64,000 nt of DNA from an uncultured Planctomycetota bacterium (GTDB taxonomy: Bacteria; Planctomycetota; Planctomycetia; Isosphaerales; Isosphaeraceae). Location: positions 4,416,001 through 4,480,000 of the forward strand of contig CAVTTN010000002.1 in assembly GCA_963737655.1 (NCBI GenBank), in the 5' to 3' direction. The translations under genes and the position numbers were made by a program. The stretch's first letter is position 1, and the number at the start of each line of letters is the position of its first letter. The notes under the pieces were generated by a model. It made no database searches and had not been told where the DNA came from. It saw nothing but the letters and a program-made list of their open reading frames with translations. This document shows positions 21,333 through 30,294 of this stretch, in pieces.

Positions 21333-22265
21333 GTGACGGATCGCCTCGAATCGTCGGCGACCGGACCGCCGCCCGACCGCCCTCGGCCATTCGGCCGGTT
21401 CGTCCCGCCGTTGCCTCCGCCTCGACGGCTGGCGCCGCGCGCCCTGATCGCCGCCGCCGGGCTGGTCCTCCTCGCCTGGCTCGGCCAGAAGGCCGCGCGA
21501 TGGGTCGGCGACTACCTCGCGGCCCAGCCGGCCTATCAACTCCCGTTCGCCGACATCGAGCTGGAGCCGCCCCCTCCGCCGTTCCTGAGGGACGGCAAGG
21601 CGACGATCCTCGACCGCGTGGCCAGGCAATCGAAGCTGCCCGACCCGATCCCGGTCCTCAACGTCGACCTCGGCGAGATCACCCGGGCGTTCGCCCTGAA
21701 TTCGCCCTGGATCAGCCGGGTCGAGCCGGTGATCCGCGAGCATCCGAACCGTTTGATCGTCCACGCCGTCTATCGCGAGCCGATCGCCCGGCTCGACGCC
21801 CGATCCTCGCTGGCGATCGACGCCGAGGGCGTGGTCCTGCCCGGCAACGAACTCGTGCCGGGCTTCGCCGAGTCGCTCGTGCTCCTCGGGGACCTCAAGA
21901 CCCCGATCGACGCCTCCCCCGGCCTGATCCTGGGAGGCAAGACCGGCGAGCCCGACCCCGAGATCGCCTCCGCGCTCCGGCTCGCCCGGTTCTTCCGAGA
22001 AAAGGCCGGAGCCGGCCCGAAAATCGACCTGATCTCGCTCGGCCTCGGCCCCGGACGAGTCTATGTAAGGACATCCGACGGCCTCAAAGTCTTCTGGGGA
22101 GACGCCTCCCGCGACGACCCCAACGCCCGGGAATCGGCCCACCGGCGATGGGAGCTCCTCACACGATGGGTCCAGGAGCACCCGGGCGAAGGCTCGAAGG
22201 ACGGCAAGGTCCTCCTGTTCACCCGCGACGGCGTGAAAAAAGTCCGGCCGGACGACGGTTCCTGA
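21333..22265 (+). CDS. FtsQ/DivIB-like protein (TM plus POTRA-like domain)
   Basis: AGGAGG RBS with GTG start; single TM; 'SPWISRV.....HPNRLIVHAVYREPIA...IDAEGVVLP' matches the FtsQ pattern; follows murB. Confidence 0.7.
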   Translation: MTDRLESSATGPPPDRPRPFGRFVPPLPPPRRLAPRALIAAAGLVLLAWLGQKAARWVGDYLAAQPAYQLPFADIELEPPPPPFLRDGKATILDRVARQSKLPDPIPVLNVDLGEITRAFALNSPWISRVEPVIREHPNRLIVHAVYREPIARLDARSSLAIDAEGVVLPGNELVPGFAESLVLLGDLKTPIDASPGLILGGKTGEPDPEIASALRLARFFREKAGAGPKIDLISLGLGPGRVYVRTSDGLKVFWGDASRDDPNARESAHRRWELLTRWVQEHPGEGSKDGKVLLFTRDGVKKVRPDDGS

Positions 22266-22277
22266 CCAGGATCGATC

Positions 22278-22368
22278 GCCGGGTGGCATGCTTACGTCCG
22301 CATAAGCATGTCTTCGGTCAAGCCCCAATCGAAGACATGCTTATGCGGACGTAAGCATGCCACCCGGC
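22278..22368. repeat. Long inverted repeat (39-bp perfect arms), REPIN-like
   Basis: GCCGGGTGGCATGCTTACGTCCGCATAAGCATGTCTTCG, 13-nt loop, exact reverse complement. Confidence 0.9.
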
Positions 22369-22519
22369 CAAATTACGGTTCTGATCCGACCGCCGGGAAG
22401 ATCGGCCCGGGGGATGTCCCGTTGGGGTGATCGATGGGCCCTCGCGCGCCGGTCGATCGCTTGATGAGCTCCCTGTGTGGCGACCGGGTCGGATGGATGG
22501 ATGGATGGAGGCTGGGGTC

Positions 22520-24475
22520 ATGGCGAGCCGATTGGGGTCGAGCTGGTTGAATCGGGTCCGTCAGGTCGCCGCGCCCACTCATGGCGGCCGGTTCAGCAAG
22601 TTCGCGCTCCTGGCCGAGAAGGCCAACGCGATGGAGCCGATCCTCGAAAAGGAGACCGACGCCCAGCTCCAGGAACGGGCCCGGCAGCTTCGCCTGAAGG
22701 CCCGCCAGGGGGATTCGCTCAATACGCTGCTCTCCGAGTCGTTCGCGCTGACCCGCGAGGCCGCCAAGAGGACGATCAAGCAGAGGCATTACGACGTCCA
22801 GTTCGTCGGCGGGGCGGCGATCCATTATCGGTCGATCGCCGAGATGGAGACCGGCGAGGGCAAGACCCTGGTGGCCACGCTGCCGGCCGTCCTGAACGCC
22901 CTGCCCGGCAAGGGCGTCCACGTCGTGACGGTCAATGACTACCTCGCCCAGCGAGACGCCGAGTGGATGACCCCGGTCTACAAGCTCCTGGGGATGAGCG
23001 TCGGCTGCATCCAGACGGGCCAGCAAGACCCCGTCCGCCGCGCGGCGTATGCGTGCGACATCACCTACGGGACGAGCAAGGAGTTCGGCTTCGACTTCCT
23101 CCGAGACGAGCTCAAGCGGTATCAGGCCGGCGGGCAGAAGCATCGGAAGTCGTTCGAGGAAGCGTTTTTGGGGCGAGTCACGGCCGATGGCGGAGGCGGC
23201 CAGCCGGTCCAGCGAGGCCACTTCTTCGCGATGGTGGACGAGGCCGACTCGATCCTGATCGACGAGGCGAGGACCCCCCTGATCATCGGGGCCAACAACC
23301 AGCCGACCCAGGAAGAGGCCGCCGCTTATTATGGGGCCGACGAGCTCGCCGCGACCCTGGTCCGCGTGAAGGACTTCAAGTACGACCCGGCCGAGCGCAA
23401 GGCCGAGCTCAACGCCGCCGGGCGCCGGAAGGTCCAGGCCAAGGCCGGCCATTCGGCGTTCGTCACCCTGACCGTCGATCAGCTCTACGAGTACGTCGAG
23501 CGTGCCCTGAGGGCCCAGATCGCCTATCTCCTGGACCGGGATTACGTGGTCCAGGAGGGGGAGGTGGTGATCGTCGACGAGTTCACGGGCCGGATGATGC
23601 CGGGTCGTCAGTGGCAGGACGGCCTCCACCAGGCGATCCAGGCCAAGGAGAGGCTGGAAGTCACGCTGGAGACGATCACCGCGGCGCGAGTGACGGTCCA
23701 GGACTTCTTCCTCCGATACAAGAAGCTCGCCGGGATGACCGGCACGGCCCATTCCGACGCGAGCGAGCTTCGCCGGGTCTACAAGGTCCACGTCTTCCCC
23801 GTCCCCACCAACCGGCCCGGCCGCCGGATCTGGGAGCCGGACCGGATCTTCTCGAACGAGGCCGAGAAGTTCCAGGCGGTGGCCGACCGGATCGTCGAGA
23901 TGAACAAGTCGCAGGTGCCCGTGCTGGTGGGGACGCGGTCGATCGAGAAGTCGGAGAAGCTCTCGGCCCTGCTGACCAAGGCGGGGATCGAGCACCAGAT
24001 CCTCAACGCCAAGAACCACGCGATCGAGGCCCAGATCGTGGCCCAGGCCGGGCAGGCCGGGCGGGTGACGGTCGCCACCAACATGGCCGGCCGAGGGACC
24101 GACATCAAGCTCACGCCGGAGGTCACGGCCAAGGGCGGCCTGCACGTGATCGGCACCGAGAGGCACGAATCGCTGCGGATCGACCGCCAGCTCGCCGGCC
24201 GTTGCGCCCGCCAGGGCGACCCGGGGCACGCCCAGTTCTTCGTGTCCCTGGAAGACGAGCTGTTCGAGGCGTTCGGCGAGAAGCCGGCGGCCCGGCTCCG
24301 CAAGAGGTACAAGGAGCGGGGCGAGCTCACGACCCCGGCCTGGAGGCGGGTCGTCTTCGCCGCCCAGGCGAAGAAGGAGCGGCAGCACCGCCGGGACCGC
24401 AAGCTCCTGATGGTCTACGAGAAGCAACGGGCCGAGATGAGGAAGAACATGGGCCTCAACCCCGTCCTCGGCTGA
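22520..24475 (+). CDS. Short SecA paralog (651 aa)
   Basis: EMETGEGKT, VTVNDYLAQRD, VDEADSILIDEARTPLII, VATNMAGRGTDI, RIDRQLAGRCARQGDPG; ends shortly after the motor domain. Confidence 0.9.
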   Translation: MASRLGSSWLNRVRQVAAPTHGGRFSKFALLAEKANAMEPILEKETDAQLQERARQLRLKARQGDSLNTLLSESFALTREAAKRTIKQRHYDVQFVGGAAIHYRSIAEMETGEGKTLVATLPAVLNALPGKGVHVVTVNDYLAQRDAEWMTPVYKLLGMSVGCIQTGQQDPVRRAAYACDITYGTSKEFGFDFLRDELKRYQAGGQKHRKSFEEAFLGRVTADGGGGQPVQRGHFFAMVDEADSILIDEARTPLIIGANNQPTQEEAAAYYGADELAATLVRVKDFKYDPAERKAELNAAGRRKVQAKAGHSAFVTLTVDQLYEYVERALRAQIAYLLDRDYVVQEGEVVIVDEFTGRMMPGRQWQDGLHQAIQAKERLEVTLETITAARVTVQDFFLRYKKLAGMTGTAHSDASELRRVYKVHVFPVPTNRPGRRIWEPDRIFSNEAEKFQAVADRIVEMNKSQVPVLVGTRSIEKSEKLSALLTKAGIEHQILNAKNHAIEAQIVAQAGQAGRVTVATNMAGRGTDIKLTPEVTAKGGLHVIGTERHESLRIDRQLAGRCARQGDPGHAQFFVSLEDELFEAFGEKPAARLRKRYKERGELTTPAWRRVVFAAQAKKERQHRRDRKLLMVYEKQRAEMRKNMGLNPVLG

Positions 24476-24495
24476 TCGCCGAGCCGCTCGCTCGG

Positions 24496-25143
24496 TTACA
24501 GGAAGTCTTCCGGGCGGCTCAGGTAGCGCTCCGGCAGGGGGTCCACGATCGGCGGGGGGACGTGGACGAAGACGCGGGACGGGAGGTTGTGGGCGACGAG
24601 CGTCAGGGCGCCGACCATCACGTTGTCCCCCACGACGATCGGCCCCACGAGCACGGCGCCGGTGTAGATCCGCGCCGCCCGGCCCACGCGGGGCAGGCCG
24701 ATCTTGCCCGGCGACCCGCCCAGCGTCACGTTGTGGAAGACGAACGAGGCCGGGCCGACGACCGCGCCGTGGCCGATGACGATCCCCTGGGGATGCGGCA
24801 GGATCAGCCCCCCGTAGAGCCGGGACGTCGCCGCGATCGAACACGTGTACACATGGCGGAGCCACCAGAAGATGCAGCCGGCCAGGATGCGGCCGGGCAG
24901 GCCGAGCCGGTAGTAGCACTGGTGGGCGACGCGATGCAGGAACATCACGTGGAACCCGGCCGAGCGCACGGCCGTCTTCAGCCACCGGCCCAGGGGGCGG
25001 CCGACCCGGGCCTCGGGCGCCACGTGGGCGTCCAGGTCCTGGCGGACGCACGACCAGAACGGCAGGGGGCCGCTGGAACACGGCTCCGACCAATCCGGCG
25101 GCGGCGTCATCGTCGTCGGCGTCGGCGGATGGTCGAGCATCAC
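24496..25143 (-). CDS. Serine O-acetyltransferase-like hexapeptide acyltransferase
   Basis: LPHPQGIVIG...NVTLGG...IYTGAVLVGPIVVGDNVMVGA hexapeptide repeats. Confidence 0.8.
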   Translation of the reverse strand: MMLDHPPTPTTMTPPPDWSEPCSSGPLPFWSCVRQDLDAHVAPEARVGRPLGRWLKTAVRSAGFHVMFLHRVAHQCYYRLGLPGRILAGCIFWWLRHVYTCSIAATSRLYGGLILPHPQGIVIGHGAVVGPASFVFHNVTLGGSPGKIGLPRVGRAARIYTGAVLVGPIVVGDNVMVGALTLVAHNLPSRVFVHVPPPIVDPLPERYLSRPEDFL

Positions 25144-25170
25144 GAGAGGGGCGCTCCCCGGGACCGGCGG

Positions 25171-25362
25171 TCAGATCCGGCTGTGAATCAGGAGCAGGAC
25201 GGCCGTCGTGACGACCATCAGCGCGACGATCGTGCCGAACAGCCGGGCGGCGTGGAGGCCGATCTTCCGCCACGACTCGTGTCGAGAGGCCGAGTAAACC
25301 AGGCTGATGGCCAGGGCCAGGGGCAAGACGTACCAGTAAATGTTGATCGCATCGAGCCTCAC
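25171..25362 (-). CDS. Small membrane protein
   Basis: Two TM segments around SLVYSASRHE; GTGA overlap with the upstream gene. Confidence 0.75.
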   Translation of the reverse strand: MRLDAINIYWYVLPLALAISLVYSASRHESWRKIGLHAARLFGTIVALMVVTTAVLLLIHSRI

Positions 25363-25934
25363 GACCCCACCTCCGCCGCCAGGTCGGCCTTGGGCTTGGA
25401 CGAGGCGACCGGCGCGGCCGCCTCCGCCTGGGCCTGGATCGGAGAGGCGGCCGGCTCGTCCTCGTCGACCTGGGCCGGGCCTTCCAGCGCGTCGTAGATG
25501 GCCAGGATATTCAGGAACCCGGCGATCTCGGTATACACCGTGCCGACGTCCGTCAGCTTCCCGAGCCGGGGGAACAGCCCGTTCAGGACGTTCCCGGGTG
25601 GCTCCGCCAGGAACCCTCCGAGGATCGGCTCGTAACCGTAATGCGCCAGGGTGGCCTGAACCAGCCCGGGGAACGCGGCCAGGCCGACCCAGAACTGGGC
25701 GAGGTACGCCCAGCGGAAGTCCTCGGTATTACGCAAGGGGTTCAGCCACCGCCAGAAGACGATCTTGCCGTCTCCCATCGCGAACCCGAGCAGGTACAGG
25801 CCGAGGATGCACACGGCATAGAGGATGCCCTTGCCTCGCCGTCCCTGGTAAAAGTGCCCGAGACCCGGCACCAGCCACGCCAGGAACCCAGCCAGGTAAC
25901 GATTCTTCAACGGCACGGGCGACGGACGGTCCAT
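25359..25934 (-). CDS. Membrane protein (TM2/DUF6677-like)
   Basis: LAWLVPGLGHFYQGRRGKG; IAGFLNILAIYDA. Confidence 0.75.
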   Translation of the reverse strand: MDRPSPVPLKNRYLAGFLAWLVPGLGHFYQGRRGKGILYAVCILGLYLLGFAMGDGKIVFWRWLNPLRNTEDFRWAYLAQFWVGLAAFPGLVQATLAHYGYEPILGGFLAEPPGNVLNGLFPRLGKLTDVGTVYTEIAGFLNILAIYDALEGPAQVDEDEPAASPIQAQAEAAAPVASSKPKADLAAEVGS

Positions 25935-26061
25935 CGGATGGAAGTCTCGGAGTCCAGGGAGGTTCGGCGTGGGGAGAGCTTCGCCGCATGCCCATCATAT
26001 CATGACGCGGGGCCGTTCGGCCAGATCGAAGGCGGTCTTTGCCGGGAGCCGGCCGGGCCCC

Positions 26062-26847
26062 CTAATCCGGTGGGAGGCATTCCCCCGCGATCCCGTCCAC
26101 GACCTCGGGCCCGACGATCTCCAGGCCCCGGGCGGCCCCGGCCATCAGGGAGAGCGACCCGAGCCGGTTGATCGCCGCCGGGACGCCCTCGGCCAGGGCG
26201 TGGAGCCGGCTCAGGGCCCGGGGGGTGAACGCGGGGTCGTCCCGACCCGAGCGCGCGAGCCGGGCCCGGACGTAAACTTCCGCCTCGCCCCGGGTTAAAG
26301 GGCCGAGCCGGACCGCCAGCTCCCCCGGGTCGTGGGCCCCCCGCGCCGGCCCTCGGCCGATTTCCAGGATCGTCAGCCGCGACGACGGGTGAGGATCGAC
26401 GTGCGCCAGGCGGTCCAGGAGCGCGCGGCCCTCGGGTTCGGAGCCGTCCACGTCGTCGATCGCCAGGACGACCGAAAGCCCCTGGATCCTCGCCAGCCGG
26501 ACGGCCGTCCGGACCGCCTTCCACGCCGCCGAGGGGCCGTCGGCCGGGCCGATCGGCCGGTGTCCCAGGCCCGAGGCGAGGTCCAGGAGGACGGCCTCCG
26601 GGCCCGAAGCGGCCGAGGCCGTCGCGATCCTCCGGGAGGGCCGGCGGACCTCGGCCAGCGCCGTTCGCAGGACGGTGGTCTTGCCCAGACCGGCCGGGGC
26701 GACCAGGCGGAGCCGCCTCTCGCCCGATTCGACCGCGTGAGCGGCCCTCGCCACCGCCTCCGACGCCCCGGGCAAGGGCACGAACGGCCCGACGACCGGC
26801 TCGAACGGATCGGTCCGAAGCTGCCAGTGGGACAGGACTCGCACCAC
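26062..26847 (-). CDS. ExeA/GspA-like P-loop ATPase
   Basis: HWQLRTDPF N-terminus, APAGLGKTT Walker A, LAIDD Walker B, GVPAAINRL. Confidence 0.75.
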   Translation of the reverse strand: MVRVLSHWQLRTDPFEPVVGPFVPLPGASEAVARAAHAVESGERRLRLVAPAGLGKTTVLRTALAEVRRPSRRIATASAASGPEAVLLDLASGLGHRPIGPADGPSAAWKAVRTAVRLARIQGLSVVLAIDDVDGSEPEGRALLDRLAHVDPHPSSRLTILEIGRGPARGAHDPGELAVRLGPLTRGEAEVYVRARLARSGRDDPAFTPRALSRLHALAEGVPAAINRLGSLSLMAGAARGLEIVGPEVVDGIAGECLPPD

Positions 26848-26949
26848 GGAGGATTCGCTCCCGGAGGGGGTTCGTGTCGTACCGATCCGTCATTGCATCG
26901 GGTAGGATGGGCCGGGAGCTTTCGTCTTTGACGATTTGGAGGGGCGGAC

Positions 26950-27666
26950 TTGGCGGATCGGTATTTCGGACCCGCGCCGGACGGCCTGGGCCGGGTGGTC
27001 CTCGACCCGGACGAGGCCCGGCACCTCGCCCGATCGGCCCGCCGGACGGTCGGCGACGAGGTGGAGGTCTTCGACGGCCGAGGAGGAGGCTGGAGGGCCC
27101 GGGTCGAGGCGATCGACCGCGACCGGGTCACGCTCCTCGCCCTCGAACCGATCGACGATCGGGCGGTCCCGTCCCCGATCGCCCTGGCCGTGGCCGCGCC
27201 GAAGGGGGACCGGCTGGATTGGCTGGTCGAGAAATGCACCGAGATCGGCGTGGGCCGGCTGACGATCGTCCTCAGCGAGCGTTCGGTCGTCGATCCCCGG
27301 GGCTCGAAGCTCGACCGCCTCCGCCGGACGATCCTTGAGGCGAGCAAGCAATCCGGCCGAAACCGATTGATGACGCTGGACGGCCCGACCCCCCTGGCGA
27401 CGGTCCTTTCTCGAGACCCCGAGGCCACCCGGCTGATCGCCCATTCGGGGGGAGTCCCGGCCTCGCGATGGCCCGGGCCAGCCCCGGGCGTCCCGGCGGT
27501 CCTGGCGATCGGCCCGGAGGGGGGATGGACCGAGGCGGAGCGGGACCTGGCCGATCGGCTCGGCTGGGTCCGGGTCGGGCTCGGCCCGACGAGGCTCCGG
27601 GTGGAGACGGCGGCCCTGGTCGGGGCCGCGGCGTGGATGGCTCGAACTGGAGGGCGAACGACGTGA
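26950..27666 (+). CDS. rsmE: 16S rRNA (uracil-1498-N3)-methyltransferase
   Basis: PKGDRLDWLVEKCTEIGV, EASKQSGR, IGPEGG, RLRVETAA. Confidence 0.93.
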   Translation: MADRYFGPAPDGLGRVVLDPDEARHLARSARRTVGDEVEVFDGRGGGWRARVEAIDRDRVTLLALEPIDDRAVPSPIALAVAAPKGDRLDWLVEKCTEIGVGRLTIVLSERSVVDPRGSKLDRLRRTILEASKQSGRNRLMTLDGPTPLATVLSRDPEATRLIAHSGGVPASRWPGPAPGVPAVLAIGPEGGWTEAERDLADRLGWVRVGLGPTRLRVETAALVGAAAWMARTGGRTT

Positions 27667-28136
27667 CGACCAGCCTCGGGGTGATCGCGACCTTGCTCGG
27701 CCTGGGCCTCTTCGCCGGGGTCCTCAGCGGGATGTTCGGCATCGGCGGGGGGCTGGTGATCGTCCCGGTCCTGGTGATCTTCCTCGGCCTCTCGCAGAAA
27801 GAGGCCACCGGCACGTCGTTGTTCGCCCTGCTCCTGCCCGTCGGGTTGCTCGGCGTGCTCGAATACTGGAGGAGGGACGAGGCGAAGCTCCAGTACGGCC
27901 TGTTGATCGCCGCCGGCCTGTTCATCGGGGCCTACTTCGGCGCGAGGATCACCCACGGCGTCTCCGACCTGACCCTCAAGCGCATCTACGCCGCATTCCT
28001 GATCGTCGTCGCGGGCTGGTACCTCTTCCTGACCACCGAGAGCGGCCAGAAGATCATCCCGCCCAAGGTGCCCCCGGCCCGCAAGGCGGGGCCGGCTCCG
28101 GAGGGCGTCGGGCCGGGGGAAGCGATCCGCCAATGA
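27663..28136 (+). CDS. Sulfite exporter TauE/SafE family protein (half-size)
   Basis: AGVLSGMFGIGGGLVIVP...A.GTSL; GTGA overlap with rsmE. Confidence 0.85.
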   Translation: MTTSLGVIATLLGLGLFAGVLSGMFGIGGGLVIVPVLVIFLGLSQKEATGTSLFALLLPVGLLGVLEYWRRDEAKLQYGLLIAAGLFIGAYFGARITHGVSDLTLKRIYAAFLIVVAGWYLFLTTESGQKIIPPKVPPARKAGPAPEGVGPGEAIRQ

Positions 28137-28167
28137 CGGCCCGGAGGACTCCCCGACTACCAGGGCG

Positions 28168-28252
28168 GGGTGGCCTGCTTACGTCCTCGTAAGCATGTCT
28201 TCGGTCAGGCCCGAATCGAAGACATGCTTACGAGGACGTAAGCATGCCACCC
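28168..28252. repeat. Long inverted repeat, GGGTGGCATGCTTACG family
   Basis: Same nested palindrome and similar 13-nt loop as 22278-22368. Confidence 0.88.
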
Positions 28253-28327
28253 GACCCCTCAAGACCCGTCGCCCGTGATCCGCTCCAGCCAGGGCAGACC
28301 CGTCGTCGCGAGGGCCTCTCGGAGCTA

Positions 28328-28463
28328 CTCTGTAGAAAACCCATTGAGAATGAGGAAACGAGTAGGTCCGACTTCAGTCGGGCCGACGAAAATCCCTTGT
28401 TTCGTCGGCCCGACTGAAGTCGGACCTACTCGTTTCGATGCTTCGAAGGGTCTTCTTCAAGAG
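28328..28463. repeat. REPIN/MITE-like element, second copy
   Basis: CTCTGTAGAAAACCC...GAGTAGGTCCGACTTCAGTCGGGCC...GGCCCGACTGAAGTCGGACCTACTCG, as at 7209-7345. Confidence 0.82.
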
Positions 28464-28467
28464 CCTC

Positions 28468-28878
28468 TCAGAGCCACTTGCCGCCGCTCTTGTCCTGATA
28501 GATCGACCAGACGTAGCCGTCGGGGTCTTTCAGGGCGAATTCCCGCCATTCCCAGGACTGATCGACGGGGTCGCCCGAGACGGCGAGATACGCGCCTTCG
28601 TCGATGCAGTGCTGATGGAACGCGTCGACGTCCTCCACCCGGAGCTGCAAGTGGAGGCCGACGCCGACCCGCGTATCCTGGAACTCGTCCTCGTGCCCCT
28701 CCTGGGGGTGGAGCATCAGGCTGAAGTCGCCGATGCGGAGGACGGCCAGGGTGATCGGCCCGCCTTCCTCCTCGGCGTGGACCTGGGCGATCTCGGCGCC
28801 GACGACCTCATTATAGAATTCGATCGATTTCTCGATGTTATCGACGTAGAGGAACGCGCTGGTGACCCGGGCCGTCAT
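28468..28878 (-). CDS. VOC/glyoxalase family protein
   Basis: LYVDNIEKSIEFYNEVVG...QSWEWREFALKDPDGY. Confidence 0.88.
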   Translation of the reverse strand: MTARVTSAFLYVDNIEKSIEFYNEVVGAEIAQVHAEEEGGPITLAVLRIGDFSLMLHPQEGHEDEFQDTRVGVGLHLQLRVEDVDAFHQHCIDEGAYLAVSGDPVDQSWEWREFALKDPDGYVWSIYQDKSGGKWL

Positions 28879-29250
28879 GCCTTGGCTCTCCGTCGAATCG
28901 CCGTCGAGGGCCGAACTTCGGCGGAAGATACCCCGGACCGCCTCGTCATGCAATGCGGACCGGATCGGGGGGCCGGGTCCGGTTCCTTCTCGGAGGAGGA
29001 TTCCTCGGGAGCGTCCCGGGTGGCGGGGATTCCCCCGGAGTCACGCCCCTCTCGGCCGCGCGACATCCGCCGGACCCGCGAGGGGCGGACCACCGGCCCC
29101 GAAGGCCGAACCCGTTCCACCGAGCACGCTTCCGAGGAATCCTCCGTCGAGAAGGAACCGGCCTCGCCCCGCCCGGACCGGGGACTTCCCTTCGGCCCAT
29201 CTGGTGCTTATGCTTGGCCCCGCGACACCCCTCTCGTGCGAGGAACCGTC

Positions 29251-30204
29251 ATGACCGCCGTCGGACAGACCTATCGGGCCTCCGGGCCGATCGATGTTCG
29301 CTCGATCCTGACCACCACGATTCTCGGCGCGGTCGTCGCCGTGGTGGGCGCGGGGGTGGTCTGGCTCTGGGAGATCAGCCCGATCCCCACCCTCGTCCTG
29401 CTCACGCCGATCCTCCAGGGGGCGGTCGTCGGCGGGGCCCTGGGCTTCATGATCGGCCGGCTCCACCTGAGGAACCCCCGGCTCGTCGGGTTCGTCGGCT
29501 TTCTCTGCGGGCTGTTGAGCATCACGCTCGTCCACTACGGCCACCACCTCCACCTCGTCGGCCAGATCGCCGAGAACCTCCGCGAGCAGGCGGCCGGCGC
29601 CCCTCCCGAGGAGCGCGACGCCATCCTCAAGGAACTCGACGCCCATCCCACCGAGGTCGTCGATCAGGTCCTTCTGAGGGCAACCGGGCACTCCGGGTTC
29701 CTCGGGACCATGATGCTCCGCAACGAACAGGGCGTGATGATCAAGAACAGCACGGTCAACGGCGGAGGGCTGTGGGCCCTCTGGGGATTCGAGGCGCTTC
29801 TCGTGGCCGGTGCCGCCGGAGCGATCGCCGGAAGTCGCGCCGGCCAGCCCTATTGCGAAGATTGCCACGCCTGGCACGTCAAGAGCGCCGAGGTCCTGAC
29901 CGTGGGCGGAGGCCACGCCGAGGGGCTCGTCCAGGCGCTCCGAGACGACGCCCCGGACCGCCTGGACGGGTTCCGGGCCCAGGCCCACGAGGTCGATCCG
30001 ACGACCCAGGCCGTCGTCGATCTCCACTCCTGCCCCGGCTGCGACACGACCTTCGCCGACGTCCGCCATCGGTCCCGCAAGGGCAAGGAGACCAAGGAGA
30101 AACAACTCCTGGGCGCCCTCGCCATCTCGCCCGAGATGCTCCAGGCCATCCGCGCCGAGCCGACCCCTCCGCTGGCCCAGCCCGCCCCCGAGACCCCGGC
30201 GTGA
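29251..30204 (+). CDS. Membrane protein with C-terminal CxxC...CxxC domain
   Basis: GAGGA RBS; about four TM segments; YCEDC and SCPGC. Confidence 0.75.
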   Translation: MTAVGQTYRASGPIDVRSILTTTILGAVVAVVGAGVVWLWEISPIPTLVLLTPILQGAVVGGALGFMIGRLHLRNPRLVGFVGFLCGLLSITLVHYGHHLHLVGQIAENLREQAAGAPPEERDAILKELDAHPTEVVDQVLLRATGHSGFLGTMMLRNEQGVMIKNSTVNGGGLWALWGFEALLVAGAAGAIAGSRAGQPYCEDCHAWHVKSAEVLTVGGGHAEGLVQALRDDAPDRLDGFRAQAHEVDPTTQAVVDLHSCPGCDTTFADVRHRSRKGKETKEKQLLGALAISPEMLQAIRAEPTPPLAQPAPETPA

Positions 30205-30294
30205 CGAGATCCTCCCCAGGCGTCCCGGCGGCCGGACCGCCGCCATCTGAGCGGCCCTTTCCCGAAGGGTCGAGCAAGTCAGGAGATACCGGTG

